Part shown: positions 61,549 through 64,000 of the stretch, piece by piece | Numbering within the stretch: the stretch's first letter is position 1 | Layout: each line of letters begins with the position of its first letter | Origin: Candidatus Falkowbacteria bacterium | Lineage (GTDB): Bacteria > Patescibacteriota > Patescibacteriia > Patescibacteriales > UBA12465 | Assembly (NCBI GenBank): GCA_026396805.1 | Contig: JAPLVZ010000009.1 | Location: 4,058-68,057 of the forward strand | Direction of reading: 5' to 3' | DNA length: 64,000 nt | The notes under the pieces: generated by a model | What the model was told of the DNA's origin: nothing | Database searches by the model: none | Seen by the model: the letters and a program-made list of their open reading frames with translations, nothing else | Position numbers and translations under genes: made by a program

Positions 61549-62700
61549 ATGGGATTTTTTGAAAAACTTGGTTTTAACAACCCTAAAGCCAAAGAAGTGC
61601 CTCTATCGCGATTGGGTGCAAGAACTAGAGCAGAAAAATTAGCCGAAGATAAAGAAAAAAGGGAAGATTGGGCTATGAATAAAAAAGGTGACAGAGCGGA
61701 TATGTCGGAAAAAGGCCGCAGTTTGCCTTCGCGGGAAACTCCTGATGGTTATAGTGAAAACGAAGGTTGGTATCAGGACGAGAAACGCTTGAGACAGTCG
61801 TTTGATGAAAATGATGAAAATGGGATTCCCAATAATGAAGCGGTTTCTAACGACGATTATTGTAAACAGACAGCTCAACCCGAAGACGGTGTGGTAGAAG
61901 AAAATATCGGAGATTTGAAAAAAATATTAGATAAGAAATTAGCCGGTAAATTAGCTAATACCCCCGATCGTCTGAAAAGGGCCAGGGTTTCTCTCTCCGG
62001 GAAAAGTGAAATCGAGCAAACGCTTGCGAAGACCAGGGAAGTGTATTCCGGTACCGAGGAAGAACAATTAGACGCCAAGATAGATCTCGATTTAATGAAA
62101 GGAAGAAAAGAAGCGTTTTTTCGGAGGATAGAGAGAAATAAAACCGAGAGAGCGAATAAGGAAAGTGCTCAAAAAAGTTTCGATAAAATTAAAAGAGCCG
62201 CTCCAGAATATTCCGACAGTGAAATAGCATTAATGACGAAGGCTTTCAATTGGCTGAGATTACCCGAGAAGCGACGGCAAGAATCTCCGCTGCTTGATGT
62301 TAAAGGCGGGCCGCTAAAACCCGAAGAAATTTTAGAACTGGCTAACGACTATGGCGATTACCAGGTTGAGCAAGGCGAATGGGGGAAGGCGCGTTTTAAG
62401 TCGGAGAATTTTCGGGGACGAGAGCAATTAGTCAATTATAAAACATTATCGGACGGTCAGATTGAGAAATATATCGCCCATAGTGATGACCCCGGCGATT
62501 ATTATTATGACTTAAAGGAAAAAAGCACCGTAGACAGTAAGAATAATGATAAGATGAAATATGTTTTTGTAAAAACCATTCCCGGGTTATTACCGCGCCG
62601 ATTAGAAACCAGGGGTGGTTTACCTTCAAATCGTCAAAGAACGCCAGACGATAAAAGCAAGGCAGGTAAAAAGCCGGCGCTCGAGACACTGGCCGCTTAA
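61549..62700 (+). CDS. highly charged hypothetical protein (cassette 4, divergent from the wHTH-swivel gene)
   Basis: 383-aa ORF rich in E/K/D/R, probably largely disordered; C-terminus ...KPALETLAA. Confidence 0.65.
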   Translation: MGFFEKLGFNNPKAKEVPLSRLGARTRAEKLAEDKEKREDWAMNKKGDRADMSEKGRSLPSRETPDGYSENEGWYQDEKRLRQSFDENDENGIPNNEAVSNDDYCKQTAQPEDGVVEENIGDLKKILDKKLAGKLANTPDRLKRARVSLSGKSEIEQTLAKTREVYSGTEEEQLDAKIDLDLMKGRKEAFFRRIERNKTERANKESAQKSFDKIKRAAPEYSDSEIALMTKAFNWLRLPEKRRQESPLLDVKGGPLKPEEILELANDYGDYQVEQGEWGKARFKSENFRGREQLVNYKTLSDGQIEKYIAHSDDPGDYYYDLKEKSTVDSKNNDKMKYVFVKTIPGLLPRRLETRGGLPSNRQRTPDDKSKAGKKPALETLAA

Positions 62701-62703
62701 ATT

Positions 62704-62839
62704 ATCTATATTAATCCATAAAAGAGATTCTAAGTAAAAAGCACCGTTTTATCGGTGTTTTTTTGTGTCTATTGAATCGCCCTATGTCAGCGGTAAGGGG
62801 AATTGAAATCTTGACTTAAACGAAGTATTGGGGTAATAT
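62704..62839 (+). repeat. cassette end motif copy 4 plus junction module copy 3
   Basis: TATCTATATTAATCCATAAAAGAGATTCT (62704-62731), hairpin GCACCG-TTTTAT-CGGTGT (62741-62758) plus U-run, GGGGAATTGAAA (62797-62808), TTGACT 62811-16, 17-nt spacer, TAATAT 62834-39. Confidence 0.8.
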
Positions 62840-62953
62840 AAAAAGTCAACATCAGCTCTTTAAAAAATAAGGTTAATTGGATTAATTACTAAATCCATCT
62901 AAATTCAGGTGGGGTTAAAAATTAATCCAATTATTAATTTAAATCATGTAATC

Positions 62954-63319
62954 ATGGAAAAATATCGTAGTAAAGCTTTTATTACAACATCGGTAACACT
63001 ACTTTCCTTTTCGTTCATCGTCCTTAATGTAATACCGATAATTATGCCCAGTCTTGTGGCTTATGTCTTTGGATCTAATAAGTACAGATATAAAACTCTG
63101 TATGGATTATCCAGCATTCATTTTCTGATTTCGATGCTGGCCGGCGAATTGACCTTTTTCATAATCAGTTCTTTCGCCATCAATTATATTATGGATTTTT
63201 ATAATCCTAAAATATTTTGGTATATAGTTATCGCTAGCTTTATATCAAACTATTTATTCTCGGTAATTTTCTATTTTTTAGGGAGTTATCTGGCTAAAAT
63301 TAGAAAAGCCAGAGGTTAA
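62954..63319 (+). CDS. small polytopic membrane protein (cassette 5)
   Basis: Four hydrophobic helices; start set at ATG 62954 (track uses GTG 62909); start choice uncertain. Confidence 0.55.
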   Translation: MEKYRSKAFITTSVTLLSFSFIVLNVIPIIMPSLVAYVFGSNKYRYKTLYGLSSIHFLISMLAGELTFFIISSFAINYIMDFYNPKIFWYIVIASFISNYLFSVIFYFLGSYLAKIRKARG

Positions 63320-63370
63320 ATTAGTTGTTATAGAACTTTCACAAATAAATTCACTTAATATAGGAGAACC

Positions 63371-63892
63371 ATGAAAAAATCAAATGAATCACCAGTAGGA
63401 AAAAGGCCATTCCACGAATCAATCGTGGATGCAATTAGTTATTGCCCTTTTAGCGCCCTCGATGTTTTAGCCAGACTTATTAAATCCACCAAAATTCCAC
63501 AGAATCATGATGCCATCATTGAGGCCTGGAAAAGAGCGATGGAGATTATAAATTCCGATGATGATTATGGCGTTCCTGAAAGTGTTTCAGGACAAAAGCC
63601 TGTCGATTATGTACAGTTAATGAATTCAGCCGGGAGTCTCGAAGAAGCCCTTAGGCTGGGATTTGATTTTCTTCCTCTTGACGGGAGATTTTTGGGCCCC
63701 CAGGGAAAAATATTATTATTCCGCAATAATCTTCCCAAGGGCCATGAAGAAGTCGCTGAAATAATAGTGACGGACGCTGAAAAAAATGACGGTAAAATAA
63801 TTTTTTGTGCCGCCTGGGGGAAGGATTATAAAAAATACGAACTAACAGCCAATTCTGGAGATAAAATTGAGGATTGGTCTGACAAATGGTAA
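63371..63892 (+). CDS. hypothetical protein (cassette 5)
   Basis: 173-aa ORF with RBS ATAGGAGAACCATG and downstream terminator; no family recognised. Confidence 0.7.
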   Translation: MKKSNESPVGKRPFHESIVDAISYCPFSALDVLARLIKSTKIPQNHDAIIEAWKRAMEIINSDDDYGVPESVSGQKPVDYVQLMNSAGSLEEALRLGFDFLPLDGRFLGPQGKILLFRNNLPKGHEEVAEIIVTDAEKNDGKIIFCAAWGKDYKKYELTANSGDKIEDWSDKW

Positions 63893-63912
63893 AAGATTAA
63901 ACAGGGTAAACA

Positions 63913-63946
63913 AAAAGGAAGACCAAAATTTTAGGCTTCCTTTTTT
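63913..63946 (+). terminator. terminator of cassette 5
   Basis: GGAAG(A)CC ... GGCTTCC followed by TTTTTT. Confidence 0.7.
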
Positions 63947-63971
63947 CATATCCTCTATGGCGGTAGTTTTT

Positions 63972-64000
63972 AAATTTATAATTAATCCGCGAAAGGATCT
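63972..64000 (+). repeat. cassette end motif copy 5 (runs into window edge)
   Basis: AAATTTATAATTAATCCGCGAAAGGATCT aligns with the other four end motifs (AAATTTATAA..GC.AAAGGA.CT). Confidence 0.7.

Noticed and set aside
56997-64000. Possibility that the regularly recurring repeats are a CRISPR array
   Set aside because: Repeat spacing is 0.5-3.3 kb, the intervals contain full genes with promoters and terminators, and the repeats are composite and diverged. No cas genes are present.

Overview
This window is 64 kb of a small, AT-leaning bacterial chromosome. Gene content suggests an uncultured CPR/Patescibacteria-type organism (short 250-aa YidC, bacterial Elp3, many orphan secreted or membrane proteins), but that assignment is inference. 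All calls come from reading the sequence and ORF track by eye; no searches or folding programs were run.

The window spans the replication-origin neighbourhood: yidC-yidD-rnpA-rpmH on the minus strand, then dnaA-dnaN on the plus strand, with degenerate DnaA-box-like motifs in the flanking spacers. Most of the rest is housekeeping:
- Translation and RNA: der, pth, pheST, valS, nusA, tig, smpB.
- DNA metabolism: dprA, topA, recQ.
- Envelope and metabolism: PBP1A, glgP, a PMM/PGM-family mutase, glyA, folD, trxA, gdh, hppA.
- RNA genes: 7 tRNAs and a tmRNA.

Standard genetic code; no CRISPR array, rRNA, transposase or integrase is visible.

The most interesting signal lies at 56,997-64,000, directly after tmRNA, tRNA-Leu and tRNA-Gly. 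At least five small gene cassettes sit in tandem, each with orphan cargo. One carries a wHTH protein fused to a PEP-utilizer swivel domain. Every cassette boundary is marked by the same composite junction:
- a conserved ~28-30 nt end motif (two copies identical over 28 nt);
- an A-rich spacer;
- a 6-bp hairpin with a U-run (one copy shows a compensatory base-pair change);
- usually a GGGRATTGAA element followed by a TTGACW-17-TAATAT promoter.

The first junction starts inside the last 6 nt of tRNA-Gly. A hairpin-plus-promoter module of similar layout follows a tRNA-Ser-like 3' remnant at 16.84 kb, in front of an AT-rich VOC/HAD insert. I interpret this as an integron- or island-like cassette accretion system whose recombinase lies outside the window. 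That interpretation is inference.

Secondary observations:
- a genomically encoded tRNA-Ile(UAU);
- a terminator/antiterminator leader with a 21-codon uORF upstream of a yhhQ-like / cofE-like / glyA / folD cluster;
- an HNH endonuclease gene wedged between tRNA-Arg and tRNA-His;
- a nested palindromic operator candidate upstream of the wHTH-swivel gene.
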